In this document: in pieces, positions 37,048 to 45,883 of the stretch | How positions within the stretch are numbered: the first letter of the stretch is position 1 | Layout: each line of letters opens with the position of its first letter | Program-made: the position numbers and the translations under genes | From: a virus | Strand: one strand, 5' to 3' | DNA length: 64,000 nucleotides | IMG/VR virus record: IMGVR_UViG_3300032093_000049 | Location: 36,017 to 100,016 of that record | Notes under the pieces: model-generated | Database searches by the model: none | Seen by the model: the letters and a program-made list of their open reading frames with translations, nothing else | What the model was told of the DNA's origin: nothing

Positions 37048-37212
37048 TGCATCTTTAGGATGCAGGTGGTTGGGAAGCATACCTTATGAACTTTCAAAAG
37101 TGCAGCCGTGCTGTTACACATTTATGTGGCTATACAGATAACGCGGTCAGTAGAAGCACCAGAAGAGCTAATAACTTTAGGCTCTTATTTATCAACTCAA
37201 AAATCAACTCAA

Positions 37213-38070
37213 ATGAAAATTCACTTAAAATCTAGACAAGGATTATTTACTGTAGTTACCTATGGTAGAAACTCAATAACACTGTGCACTAAGCATGAAA
37301 CATTTAGTGTACCATCTGAAGACTTCAAATGTTTTGCAGGTGGTGGATGGGCAGAGTCTACAGCTGAAGAACAAAGACTGTTTATGTCAGTAGTAGCTCC
37401 TCTTGCTCTTCAAAAAACAATGGAGATAGAAGCAAAGATAACTGCAATGGCAAGTTTAATTGATATCAGAGACAAAGCAAAGAATCTTGCTTCTGAGTAT
37501 ATATCTGCTATTGCTGCACAAGAAGGAGAAGACTATGAAAATACAGTTCTCAATACTGATGATCTTGAAGATTCTTATGAAGCTGAAATGAGAAGACAAG
37601 ATCTTGCAAGAACTCCTGAACAATGGTATGCTAAAATTCAAGAGAAGCAAGATGAAACTGAGAGATTAAGAAAGAAACTTGTAAATATTGCTTCTAAAGT
37701 CTATAAGTCACCAGTTGATTTATCAGACTTTCAGAATAGCAATGGTATCAAGTTTATTATACAAGTTGCCCATGATGATGAAACAGATTGCAGAATGTGT
37801 TTTGATCCATATCAATTTGTAGAGAACTTTCATAGCTCTATCAGTGAAGTATACCGTAACAGCAAATATTTTACTGCTAATGGTGGATGGTTGAAAGTAA
37901 TAGGTAATGATGTTATCCTTTACTATAAATCAGGAGACTATGGTGTGTATAATGATACTGTTGCTATAGAGTGTGCAAAGAGACTGTTCCCAAATAAAGA
38001 AATTCATTCTTATGCGGGAAGACAATGGGATTCAGAATTAGATAATCTATTTACAGAATTACCATTTTAA
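37213..38070 (+). CDS. Hypothetical protein ending ELPF (likely start MKIHLK, 285 aa)
   Basis: AACTCAAATG leader; H...GGW...SGDYG C-terminal domain. Confidence 0.7.
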   Translation: MKIHLKSRQGLFTVVTYGRNSITLCTKHETFSVPSEDFKCFAGGGWAESTAEEQRLFMSVVAPLALQKTMEIEAKITAMASLIDIRDKAKNLASEYISAIAAQEGEDYENTVLNTDDLEDSYEAEMRRQDLARTPEQWYAKIQEKQDETERLRKKLVNIASKVYKSPVDLSDFQNSNGIKFIIQVAHDDETDCRMCFDPYQFVENFHSSISEVYRNSKYFTANGGWLKVIGNDVILYYKSGDYGVYNDTVAIECAKRLFPNKEIHSYAGRQWDSELDNLFTELPF

Positions 38071-38075
38071 CCTGC

Positions 38076-38104
38076 TGTCCTGAGTATGACGTTTAAAGTG
38101 CTCA
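38076..38104 (+). promoter_or_regulatory. Putative H-type RNA pseudoknot, copy 2
   Basis: tgtc[ctgagtat]gacg...gtgctca; compensatory changes relative to copy 1. Confidence 0.55.
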
Positions 38105-38126
38105 TTTAACTTAAAAATTAACTCAA

Positions 38127-38294
38127 ATGAAAACTTACATTGACTTTTATAACTTCTTTAAGAAGTTCTCTATTCAGTCTCTTGAAGAGATTAGAAAAGA
38201 GATTTGCCTAGATGGTAAGAGTAAAATCAATTCTCTTAAACTAAGAGTAATTGATGATCTATGCTATCTTAAACAATATGATATTCAACTTTAA
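38127..38294 (+). CDS. 55-aa protein (not in ORF track)
   Basis: MKTYIDFYNFFKKFSIQSLEEIRKEICLDGK...; AACTCAAATG leader. Confidence 0.6.
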   Translation: MKTYIDFYNFFKKFSIQSLEEIRKEICLDGKSKINSLKLRVIDDLCYLKQYDIQL

Positions 38295-38305
38295 AACCAA
38301 CTCAA

Positions 38306-38524
38306 ATGAGAAAAGCAGAAGCACTTCAGAAAACAAGAGAAAGATTTACTAATCTGTTAGATGGTAAAATTCTTCCAAGGTACAGTGTCACAGATATTAT
38401 TGTATATTATGAGACACTCATTGCTAAAAATGCAGCACCGGTAATTAACCGTGGCAGTGGTATTGTAGATAACTTTATAGAGGAACAAGTTAGAGACTAT
38501 GAAGAAGATGATGACTACTGTTGA
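38306..38524 (+). CDS. Hypothetical protein (72 aa)
   Basis: AACTCAAATG leader. Confidence 0.6.
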   Translation: MRKAEALQKTRERFTNLLDGKILPRYSVTDIIVYYETLIAKNAAPVINRGSGIVDNFIEEQVRDYEEDDDYC

Positions 38525-38613
38525 ATTAACTATGCAGGAGATATGGCAGGCCACACGGCCTGTCATACAGAAGAATAAGAAAAAGTATACACGTAAAACC
38601 AAACACAAGAAAG

Positions 38614-38838
38614 ATGAGTAAACTTAAATTAAACTTTGCTACTCGTGTAGCAAGTATGGCAATGGCTAAGAGTGAAAGCTCTAATGCTTACAATGTTGAG
38701 AGAACAAAGATACAGTCTGCAATCAATGCTAATCCAGTTCTTATTGACAGGTCTGTGTTCAAGAAAACAGAGATAGAAAGATTAGAACTTTCTAATGCTA
38801 AAAGCAAATGGAAGAGAGCACAGAAGAATCAAGGGTAA
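38614..38838 (+). CDS. Hypothetical protein (74 aa)
   Basis: ORF in operon. Confidence 0.55.
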   Translation: MSKLKLNFATRVASMAMAKSESSNAYNVERTKIQSAINANPVLIDRSVFKKTEIERLELSNAKSKWKRAQKNQG

Positions 38839-39584
38839 TTATCTTAGCTCATCAGAATAGTTTTGATAGAAGCAGAGAGTTTCTACAGAAATCAGTTGAT
38901 GAGCAAAGATTCTTATTCTATGAGAACAGAATTACTGACTTTCATTTGTATAAAGTAATAGAGACTGATACTCACATCTATTGGAGTGAAGATAAGTTTA
39001 AACCCAAGTTTAACAAGAGTTTATTTTATATCACTACAGGTGTCTCAGGTATTAGTTTTGACAAGAAGACCAGAGACCTGAAATTTTGGTTTGGCAAAAC
39101 ACCACATCCATTCATTATAGAATCCTTTTTAGGACGTATGAATACAGGTTGGTGGTGTGAGCTACCAAGATCATTTCAGGAGTATTTTACTCTCTCTTTG
39201 GCTAAGGCAGTTGCAAAAAACAAAATAAACACAATAGAAGATTATGCTACGCACTTGTGTAAGCGGTCATTGATATTTAAGAATGTAGATCCAAAGTCTT
39301 TGTGTAAAATGATATATGTACTGAAAGCTCAAACTGATATATTTCATGTGAGCTTAAGCTATATCGGTAGTGCATTGTCTGTTGCAAAAGATAAAGATGA
39401 CTGTATAGAGTATTTAATTAGCAAGAGTCATTATTATCATACTGAGGATGCTATTAGATATGCACAGGCTCTTAACTTAAAGATTGACTTTACAAATCTT
39501 GATGATGAAGCTGAAAGACTTAGAAAAATCTACTATGTTACAAAACAGCTGTATTGTCCTGATGATGCAGTATTACCATTTTAA
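38808..39584 (+). CDS. Hypothetical protein ending DDAVLPF (258 aa)
   Basis: Long ORF. Confidence 0.65.
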   Translation: MEESTEESRVIILAHQNSFDRSREFLQKSVDEQRFLFYENRITDFHLYKVIETDTHIYWSEDKFKPKFNKSLFYITTGVSGISFDKKTRDLKFWFGKTPHPFIIESFLGRMNTGWWCELPRSFQEYFTLSLAKAVAKNKINTIEDYATHLCKRSLIFKNVDPKSLCKMIYVLKAQTDIFHVSLSYIGSALSVAKDKDDCIEYLISKSHYYHTEDAIRYAQALNLKIDFTNLDDEAERLRKIYYVTKQLYCPDDAVLPF

Positions 39585-39595
39585 AACAACTGATT

Positions 39596-39946
39596 ATGAA
39601 AAGTATGATTTTATTAATCCAGCTACTTGCTGGAAAGCCTGATTATGAACCAATGGAGTTAGTTATTGATATACAAACTCCAATTGAACAATGTGAATGG
39701 TACTACATTGAAAATGACAAACTGTATGACCTGGGAGTACCTGAGTATCAAGGGTCTAAGTTAGTTCTCTATGTACAACAGTACCGTGACTATGAGATAG
39801 TAATAAATAATCATACTATAATCTCAATTACTCCTATGAGTGATGATATTATAGATGAGAGAGATTTATCTATCTCAGCACACACTAACTACGAGTTTAG
39901 ACATGGAGTATTAGTATTTGAACCTTTAGAACTCACATCCAAATGA
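39596..39946 (+). CDS. Hypothetical protein (116 aa)
   Basis: ORF with short hydrophobic N-terminus. Confidence 0.55.
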   Translation: MKSMILLIQLLAGKPDYEPMELVIDIQTPIEQCEWYYIENDKLYDLGVPEYQGSKLVLYVQQYRDYEIVINNHTIISITPMSDDIIDERDLSISAHTNYEFRHGVLVFEPLELTSK

Positions 39947-40012
39947 AAACATTAATCGTAGTATTTACAGCACTGGCAGTAGTTTTTGCCGGTGTTGTTC
40001 TTGTAGTAAGAC

Positions 40013-40459
40013 TTGCTAACTATTTTGAGAAAGATGATACAAATAAGTCTTAATGAGTCTGATCTATACAATGTAATTAAGAAACATGTAAAGAATGAGG
40101 ATATTGCACGTTTACTGTGTGATACTCTTGGTTCATCACATCCTGGTACAGAGTGGCTATTTAAAATTCATTTAGGTGCTAAGTATCCTGAAGTACCAGC
40201 AATAGGTGCACATGGATACATATCTATTGAGAATTATAAAGGCTGGTCTGGTGATAAGGATAAGTACAAAGACTCCATGTTTAATCAACAAGGGTATATT
40301 CCTGTTACTGTAAAAAGTTTTCAGGGGTTACACAACTATTATCCACTAAGAGTACTTGCCCCAGGAGCAATTGATGAACAGACAGGGGAAGCATGGAATA
40401 ATGAATTTGCTGTTGATGTAAAGGATTTTATACCCACTGATGAGTTTGATTTGTACTAG
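40013..40459 (+). CDS. Hypothetical protein (true start probably MIQISL)
   Basis: ORF. Confidence 0.6.
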   Translation: MLTILRKMIQISLNESDLYNVIKKHVKNEDIARLLCDTLGSSHPGTEWLFKIHLGAKYPEVPAIGAHGYISIENYKGWSGDKDKYKDSMFNQQGYIPVTVKSFQGLHNYYPLRVLAPGAIDEQTGEAWNNEFAVDVKDFIPTDEFDLY

Positions 40460-40470
40460 TTAGCTATATA

Positions 40471-40809
40471 GTGCAATCAAAGATGTGCTGTAATTTACAC
40501 TTAAGTTTAAATAGCATATATTTACTCTTATTTGTAAAATTGTACTATCAATTACCGAATGGCAAGACTGTCTACTTAACAGTAGAAGAATATCTAGATC
40601 TCACTGATGCAGATATACAGTACTTGATGTCTCTAGACTACGGTGAATCAGTGCTTAATCCCTTCTATGGCTCTTGTGTGGATAAAAAAGAGTCTGAAAA
40701 AGTCTATGACTTTGAGTGTTTACCAGAGTCAGATGATGAAATTGTGAATATGCCTTCAGATGATATACCATTTGATGACATTATAGATTTATCGGATCCA
40801 CTTGAATAA
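40471..40809 (+). CDS. Acidic hypothetical protein (true start probably near LYYQLPNGK)
   Basis: YQLPNGKTVYLTVEEYL; DDIPF near the C-terminus. Confidence 0.6.
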   Translation: MQSKMCCNLHLSLNSIYLLLFVKLYYQLPNGKTVYLTVEEYLDLTDADIQYLMSLDYGESVLNPFYGSCVDKKESEKVYDFECLPESDDEIVNMPSDDIPFDDIIDLSDPLE

Positions 40810-40844
40810 TAGTATTGTTACTCGCGATATACAATACTACCACT

Positions 40845-40890
40845 TATCAAACAACTTGAGTAATTGTTGATATAGTAATTTCCTACTCAA
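40845..40890 (+). promoter_or_regulatory. Putative H-type RNA pseudoknot, copy 3
   Basis: tatcaaacaa[cttgagtaa]ttgttgata...tactcaa. Confidence 0.45.
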
Positions 40891-40929
40891 AAAGTCAATT
40901 CATTTATTTATTAATCAAAATTTAGAGCT

Positions 40930-41403
40930 ATGAACTCTTCAGTTAAAGTAGTAGCAGATGCTACATCAGGTGCAGTTGTTAATGTTTCAGAAAACAACCC
41001 AATTTACGGTTACATTCGTTTAGAGCAAACACGTGTAATGATTGATGACAATGGTTTTGTTAAACCTAAAACAATTTCTACACTATTGCAAGGTGAAGTT
41101 GAAACACTTCAGTCTCTTGGATTCTACAATGGTCAGGAACTTCCAGGTAAAATTTCTATTATTGAGTCTCTTGAAGCATTTAATAAGAAGAATCCTGAGC
41201 GTGACCTGAAAATTGCAGGTGAAACAGGTATTGTTTGTACTGTAGCAGGTGCTCCAATTTACCGCAAAACTGTATACTCAGCATCAGTAAATGCAGAAGA
41301 TACATTGATCAAGCATGACAATGTAGATCAGCTGAGAGCTGCTTATGCAAATAAGTCTGCTGCTATCAAAGCAAATACAAACTTTGATGAATTAGGTAAT
41401 TAA
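40930..41403 (+). CDS. Probably highly expressed protein, possibly ssDNA-binding (157 aa)
   Basis: Beta-rich, followed by its own terminator; function is a guess. Confidence 0.55.
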   Translation: MNSSVKVVADATSGAVVNVSENNPIYGYIRLEQTRVMIDDNGFVKPKTISTLLQGEVETLQSLGFYNGQELPGKISIIESLEAFNKKNPERDLKIAGETGIVCTVAGAPIYRKTVYSASVNAEDTLIKHDNVDQLRAAYANKSAAIKANTNFDELGN

Positions 41404-41419
41404 TACCTGATTAGGTAGA

Positions 41420-41455
41420 AGAGAGAGTGGACTTCGTCCACTTTCTCTTTTTTTT
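41420..41455 (+). terminator. Intrinsic terminator with cUUCGg-like loop
   Basis: agagagagtggac-ttcg-tccactttctct plus T tract. Confidence 0.85.
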
Positions 41456-41469
41456 ATTGTAATTATTAA

Positions 41470-42009
41470 ATGTATATCAATATGGAAAAGTTAAACAAAA
41501 GAAAAGACAGATTTGAGTACACAGGTAAACTTGAAGAGTATCAGTTAATGCCTAAGAAACTCACAATGGAGTATGAAATTGATAAATATACTTCGTATCA
41601 AAACTATCTATACAAAAGAGCTTTGTATGGACTTAATGCCCTCACACAACAAGAGCTTACTACTATGTGTAGTAAAAAGAAGAAGAGGATTGAAAGAGTA
41701 TATCTAAGAGGACAACAGGTAATTAACCTCCACAAACAGAAATTGACAAATCAAATCACAAATCTGTTGTTCAATAGATTATTTCCAGAGTCTCCAATTG
41801 CTCAGTTCTTTACTAACAATAGTGAGACTGATGATAAGTTCAAGAATACCCTAAACTTTAAAGATTTAAACATCACAAAAGATGATATTATTTGTATCTT
41901 TATTCAAGAAGGTGTTCTACCAAAGAACTTTATGGAGATCTCTACAGATCCTAATCAATTGCCAAGATTAAGAAATGCAAGCAAAGAAAAAGCTGTGCTC
42001 GGGATGTAA
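41470..42009 (+). CDS. Hypothetical protein (179 aa)
   Basis: ORF. Confidence 0.65.
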   Translation: MYINMEKLNKRKDRFEYTGKLEEYQLMPKKLTMEYEIDKYTSYQNYLYKRALYGLNALTQQELTTMCSKKKKRIERVYLRGQQVINLHKQKLTNQITNLLFNRLFPESPIAQFFTNNSETDDKFKNTLNFKDLNITKDDIICIFIQEGVLPKNFMEISTDPNQLPRLRNASKEKAVLGM

Positions 42010-42373
42010 TACTGAGCAATATATTTGGAAGAGACACCTTGGGGAACCTTACTGTAAGACATGCTGGAGTTGCCACAAAAGCAAAGACCCTTCACAGAAA
42101 CCAACACTTATCCCCAAGGTCTCTTCTAAACGTAAAAAACTAGATGATGAATATCTCAAACTAAGAGAGAGATTCATGACTGAACATACTTTGTGTGAGG
42201 TGAAGGTAACCGGTTGTATGATGCATGCCACAGACGTGCATCATACATATGCCGGTGCCAACAGAAATGTGTATTACCTTATACAAAGTACGTGGTTAGC
42301 AGTCTGTAGGAATTGTCACAATTGGGTGCATGAACATCCAGAACAGGCTAGAGAATTAGGTTATTTAAAATGA
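41975..42373 (+). CDS. HNH-like Zn-binding nuclease (132 aa)
   Basis: CxxC...CxxC N-terminus; C....GC...ATDVHH...CRNCHNWVH. Confidence 0.75.
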   Translation: MQAKKKLCSGCNTEQYIWKRHLGEPYCKTCWSCHKSKDPSQKPTLIPKVSSKRKKLDDEYLKLRERFMTEHTLCEVKVTGCMMHATDVHHTYAGANRNVYYLIQSTWLAVCRNCHNWVHEHPEQARELGYLK

Positions 42374-43128
42374 TGTATATGATTAAAAAAATAGTAAGGA
42401 ATCACACAAACTGTAAAAAGTGCGGTGTAGAACTAATTGAGAGAAATAGTAGGTTATCTACATATGATAAAGATACTGGAGTTTACTTTCTTAAAAGTAC
42501 ATGTAACCACTGTTCAAGAAAAGCTAAGTTCTGTGTTTATACGTATGCAACTCCAGAGTTAGAAAAGTTTGCTGCTAAACAAGCTAAAATGCTACATGGT
42601 AAAAGTTACTATAAAAGAATTATTAAGCCTAAAAAAGAAGCTGTCAAGATTCCTTATGTGGAACCAAAAGAATGTAAACAATGTGGTGTTAAACTTTGTG
42701 ATAAAAATGAACTGTATATAGTTTCAGCAGTTAATCACAAGAGTGCAAAGTGTAAGACTTGTACATATGGATATAAAAGTTGTAAAGTGGTTTATCCTAC
42801 TGAAGAACTTCAAATTTTATCTAAGAAAAACAATATAAGGTTAAATCTTAAAATAGATAAAGTTAGAAATCCCGAAGTGTACAAAGCAGCACTTAAGGTA
42901 ACCCTTGAGAAATACAAAGACAAATACACAGTTAATCAAAAGGTTTACTCCAAAAAACAAAGAACTGCACTTGGTGATGTTTATATAAAACAACGTATTG
43001 CTGGGAATCACAAGTTAAATGTTCAACAAATAACCCCTGAGTTAATTGAAGTTAAGAGAAAACAGTTAGAGTTAATAAGAACAATTAAACAAATAGAGTA
43101 TGAGCAAAGTAAACACAAAACAGATTAA
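42370..43128 (+). CDS. Basic protein with duplicated Zn-ribbon (252 aa)
   Basis: CKKCGVEL...CNHC and CKQCGVKL...CKTC; LGDVYIKQ...ITPELIE.KR C-terminus. Confidence 0.65.
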   Translation: MMYMIKKIVRNHTNCKKCGVELIERNSRLSTYDKDTGVYFLKSTCNHCSRKAKFCVYTYATPELEKFAAKQAKMLHGKSYYKRIIKPKKEAVKIPYVEPKECKQCGVKLCDKNELYIVSAVNHKSAKCKTCTYGYKSCKVVYPTEELQILSKKNNIRLNLKIDKVRNPEVYKAALKVTLEKYKDKYTVNQKVYSKKQRTALGDVYIKQRIAGNHKLNVQQITPELIEVKRKQLELIRTIKQIEYEQSKHKTD

Positions 43129-43279
43129 GGATGTTGCTGATAAGTCAGAACAAATTGGCAACAAGGCATATGACACATTCAATAAGAGTGGTAAAATTGA
43201 AGCTGGGAAGCTTGCTATTGCTGCATTTAAGAACACACTGTATGCAAACAGTCTATTGATTAAGAATGAGAAAATCTAA
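43100..43279 (+). CDS. 59-aa protein (not in ORF track)
   Basis: MSKVNTKQIKDVADKSEQIGNKAYDTFNKSGKIEAGKLAIAAFKNTLYANSLLIKNEKI. Confidence 0.6.
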   Translation: MSKVNTKQIKDVADKSEQIGNKAYDTFNKSGKIEAGKLAIAAFKNTLYANSLLIKNEKI

Positions 43280-44036
43280 CAACTTAAAAATTATGATTAT
43301 GGAAATGATTGGAAAAGAACTTAAAATTAAGTATGCAAATGATTACTCAAAGTTTGCTGTATTGCCAATGAATAGAGCAATAGATAGTAAACATGTACAG
43401 AAAATGATTGCAAGTATGAGGAAAATTGGAGTAGTTAGAACTGTTATTACTACTACTACAAATCTAATAGAGGGTACAATGAAGACTTATATTATTGATG
43501 GTCAACACTTAGCTACTGCTCTTGAAAGAGAGGGTTTACCTATTCCTTATATTGAAAGATCTGTTCAGTCTGAAGAAGAATTAATTGAGATTATGGCCTA
43601 TATGAATAATTCAAGTAAGTCATGGGACATGATGGATTTTATCAATGCATGGAAAATGATTCGTCCTGATTACATGAAGTTATTTAAGTGGAAGAATATG
43701 TATGATATTGAAGTTACTATGCTTGCAATGATAGCTATCAATAACATTGCAATTAGACATAATACATCCATCATTAAAACAGGTAACTTTATTATTACTA
43801 ATCCACAAGCTGAGCAAATGTGTAAAGCATTTAATGAGATCTTTATAAAGATTGGTAATGTAGACAGACCTGTTAAATTTCAGTTTCTTCATGCTTTTTT
43901 ACAAGCTTACAGTACATACAGTCATCAAAAAGTAATGGCAAATCTTGATAAGCACATCAAAACTGTAAAGCTTATTGCTAATTCAGAAGAAAGTGGAGCT
44001 TATATAAGAAAAAGAATTTTCAATTTACCAAAATGA
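43266..44036 (+). CDS. ParB/Srx-like domain protein
   Basis: NRAID..HV.KM..SM and IIDGQH motifs (canonical GQHR Arg replaced by Leu). Confidence 0.75.
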   Translation: MRKSNNLKIMIMEMIGKELKIKYANDYSKFAVLPMNRAIDSKHVQKMIASMRKIGVVRTVITTTTNLIEGTMKTYIIDGQHLATALEREGLPIPYIERSVQSEEELIEIMAYMNNSSKSWDMMDFINAWKMIRPDYMKLFKWKNMYDIEVTMLAMIAINNIAIRHNTSIIKTGNFIITNPQAEQMCKAFNEIFIKIGNVDRPVKFQFLHAFLQAYSTYSHQKVMANLDKHIKTVKLIANSEESGAYIRKRIFNLPK

Positions 44037-45127
44037 CAAGAGACGAGATACAAGAACAAGCATTGAAAGCTACTGAAGGTAGACATAGATGTGGTTTGGG
44101 TTTGGGCACAGGGGTCGGTAAGACCCTTGTTGGCCTAAAACATATTGAACAACATTGTACACCTCTTAAAAATGTTCTTGTAGTTGGTCCAACCAGAAGT
44201 ATTCTATCTGAATGGCAAGTGCAAGCACATAAGTTTAAGAAAGACAGGCTGTTAAGCCAGGTTACTTTTACCACTTATTTAAGTCTAAATAAACATGATC
44301 CTGCAGATTATGATTTACTCTATCTTGATGAGTGTCATAGTCTATTGGATTCTCATAGAGAGTTCTTAGAGAACTATAGTGGTAAGATATTAGGTTTGTC
44401 AGGTACTCCTCCAAAGAGAAGCCATTCTGAGAAAGGTGTAATGGTCAATGAGTTTTGTCCTATTGTCTACAATTACTTTATTGATGATGCAATTGAGGAT
44501 AATATCTTAAATGACTATAAGATCATTGTACACCAGCTCAAATTAGGTACAGCAAAAGATGTTAAGGTAGATACCAAATCAGGTGGTTTTATGACTACAG
44601 AACAGGCTAACTATTCTTATTGGTCTAATAGGATATCCGGTGCTAGTGGCAAAGGACTGCAGATAGCAAGAATTATGCGTATGAAAGCTCTTATGGCTTA
44701 TCCAAGCAAAGAGAAGTATGCAAAGCTTCTTTCTGACAGTATTAAAACCAAGTGTATTATCTTTGCTAATACTCAGGAGCAAGCAGATAGACTCTGTGAA
44801 CATAGTTATCATAGTAATAACTCTAAGTCTTTAGAAAACTTAAATAAGTTTAAGAGAGGTGAGATACTTAAGTTGGCTGCAGTAATGCAGTTGAATGAGG
44901 GTGTTAACATCCCAGAACTAAAGCAAGGTATTATCATGCATGCCTATGGTAATGAGAGAAAGTCTGCCCAGAGAATTGGTAGATTGTTGAGACTTAATCC
45001 TAATGACACAGCAGTAGTTCATATACTATGTTACATGGATACTGTAGATGAAGCATGGGTTAAGGAAGCTCTTGAAGGGTATGATCAAAACAAAGTCACC
45101 TGGAAAGATTTTAACATCAAACTTTGA
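44033..45127 (+). CDS. Superfamily 2 DExH helicase (364 aa)
   Basis: GTGVGKT, DECH, SGT, EGVNIP, QRIGRLLR. Confidence 0.9.
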   Translation: MTRDEIQEQALKATEGRHRCGLGLGTGVGKTLVGLKHIEQHCTPLKNVLVVGPTRSILSEWQVQAHKFKKDRLLSQVTFTTYLSLNKHDPADYDLLYLDECHSLLDSHREFLENYSGKILGLSGTPPKRSHSEKGVMVNEFCPIVYNYFIDDAIEDNILNDYKIIVHQLKLGTAKDVKVDTKSGGFMTTEQANYSYWSNRISGASGKGLQIARIMRMKALMAYPSKEKYAKLLSDSIKTKCIIFANTQEQADRLCEHSYHSNNSKSLENLNKFKRGEILKLAAVMQLNEGVNIPELKQGIIMHAYGNERKSAQRIGRLLRLNPNDTAVVHILCYMDTVDEAWVKEALEGYDQNKVTWKDFNIKL

Positions 45128-45162
45128 GGTACATGATTTTTTATTAATTTAACTGAAACAAT

Positions 45163-45417
45163 ATGGTTTTGGAAAAGACACATCAGCTGGTTTTATACAA
45201 TGACTCAGAGAATGATTTTCTCTATGTCATGGCCTTGCTTATAAGGTATTGTAACCATGAAAGAGACCAGGCTGAACAGTGTGCATTGATAGCACACAAT
45301 GTAGGTAAATGTAATATCAAGTCAGGCAATATAGTAGACATACTTGAAATGCATGCTAATCTTAGTCAATTAGAACTTAAAGTAGAAATTGAAGAGTATG
45401 CAGGTGATATGTATTGA
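45163..45417 (+). CDS. clpS: ClpS N-degron adaptor, Bacteroidota type (84 aa)
   Basis: LVLYNDSENDF...CNH...QAEQCALIAHNVGKC.IKSG. Confidence 0.82.
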   Translation: MVLEKTHQLVLYNDSENDFLYVMALLIRYCNHERDQAEQCALIAHNVGKCNIKSGNIVDILEMHANLSQLELKVEIEEYAGDMY

Positions 45418-45658
45418 TGACTCAAGAAAACCAAAACAGATTCCTCAAGAGAAGTGGATAAGAAAAGGTCAAATCTATACAGTAATAGGTGCGTCCCATT
45501 TAAGTATTCAGAAGAACAAGATTGGTCTAAAACTAAAAGAAATAGAATTAGACCAGTCTTGCTTTCCATATGAGTACTTTGATGCTAATAGATTTAAACC
45601 AACTGAATTAGCTGAAGCTTTATCTAAGGAAGAAGTGTTTGAAATGGAACAAGTTTAA
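45389..45658 (+). CDS. Small SH3-like hypothetical protein
   Basis: VICIDD...KGQIYTV...YFDANRF. Confidence 0.6.
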   Translation: MKSMQVICIDDSRKPKQIPQEKWIRKGQIYTVIGASHLSIQKNKIGLKLKEIELDQSCFPYEYFDANRFKPTELAEALSKEEVFEMEQV

Positions 45659-45676
45659 ACCTTTAAAATTTAATGT

Positions 45677-45883
45677 ATGAAAACATCAATGCCAGCATGG
45701 ATTGGATTTGCTATCTGGGTACTTTGTATCTACGGATGGTTTGCCAACCTGTATAAGTTTAGTCAATGTGATTTTGATGTACCCCTGAAAACAGAAGTAA
45801 TACGCGGAGTAGGTATTGCAATATTTCCGTTGGGTATTGTAATTGGATATATGGACATTGAAGATGCCAAAAGTAAAAACTAA
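45677..45883 (+). CDS. Small membrane protein (68 aa)
   Basis: Two hydrophobic segments; GWFANLYK and IRGVGI..FPLG. Confidence 0.65.
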   Translation: MKTSMPAWIGFAIWVLCIYGWFANLYKFSQCDFDVPLKTEVIRGVGIAIFPLGIVIGYMDIEDAKSKN

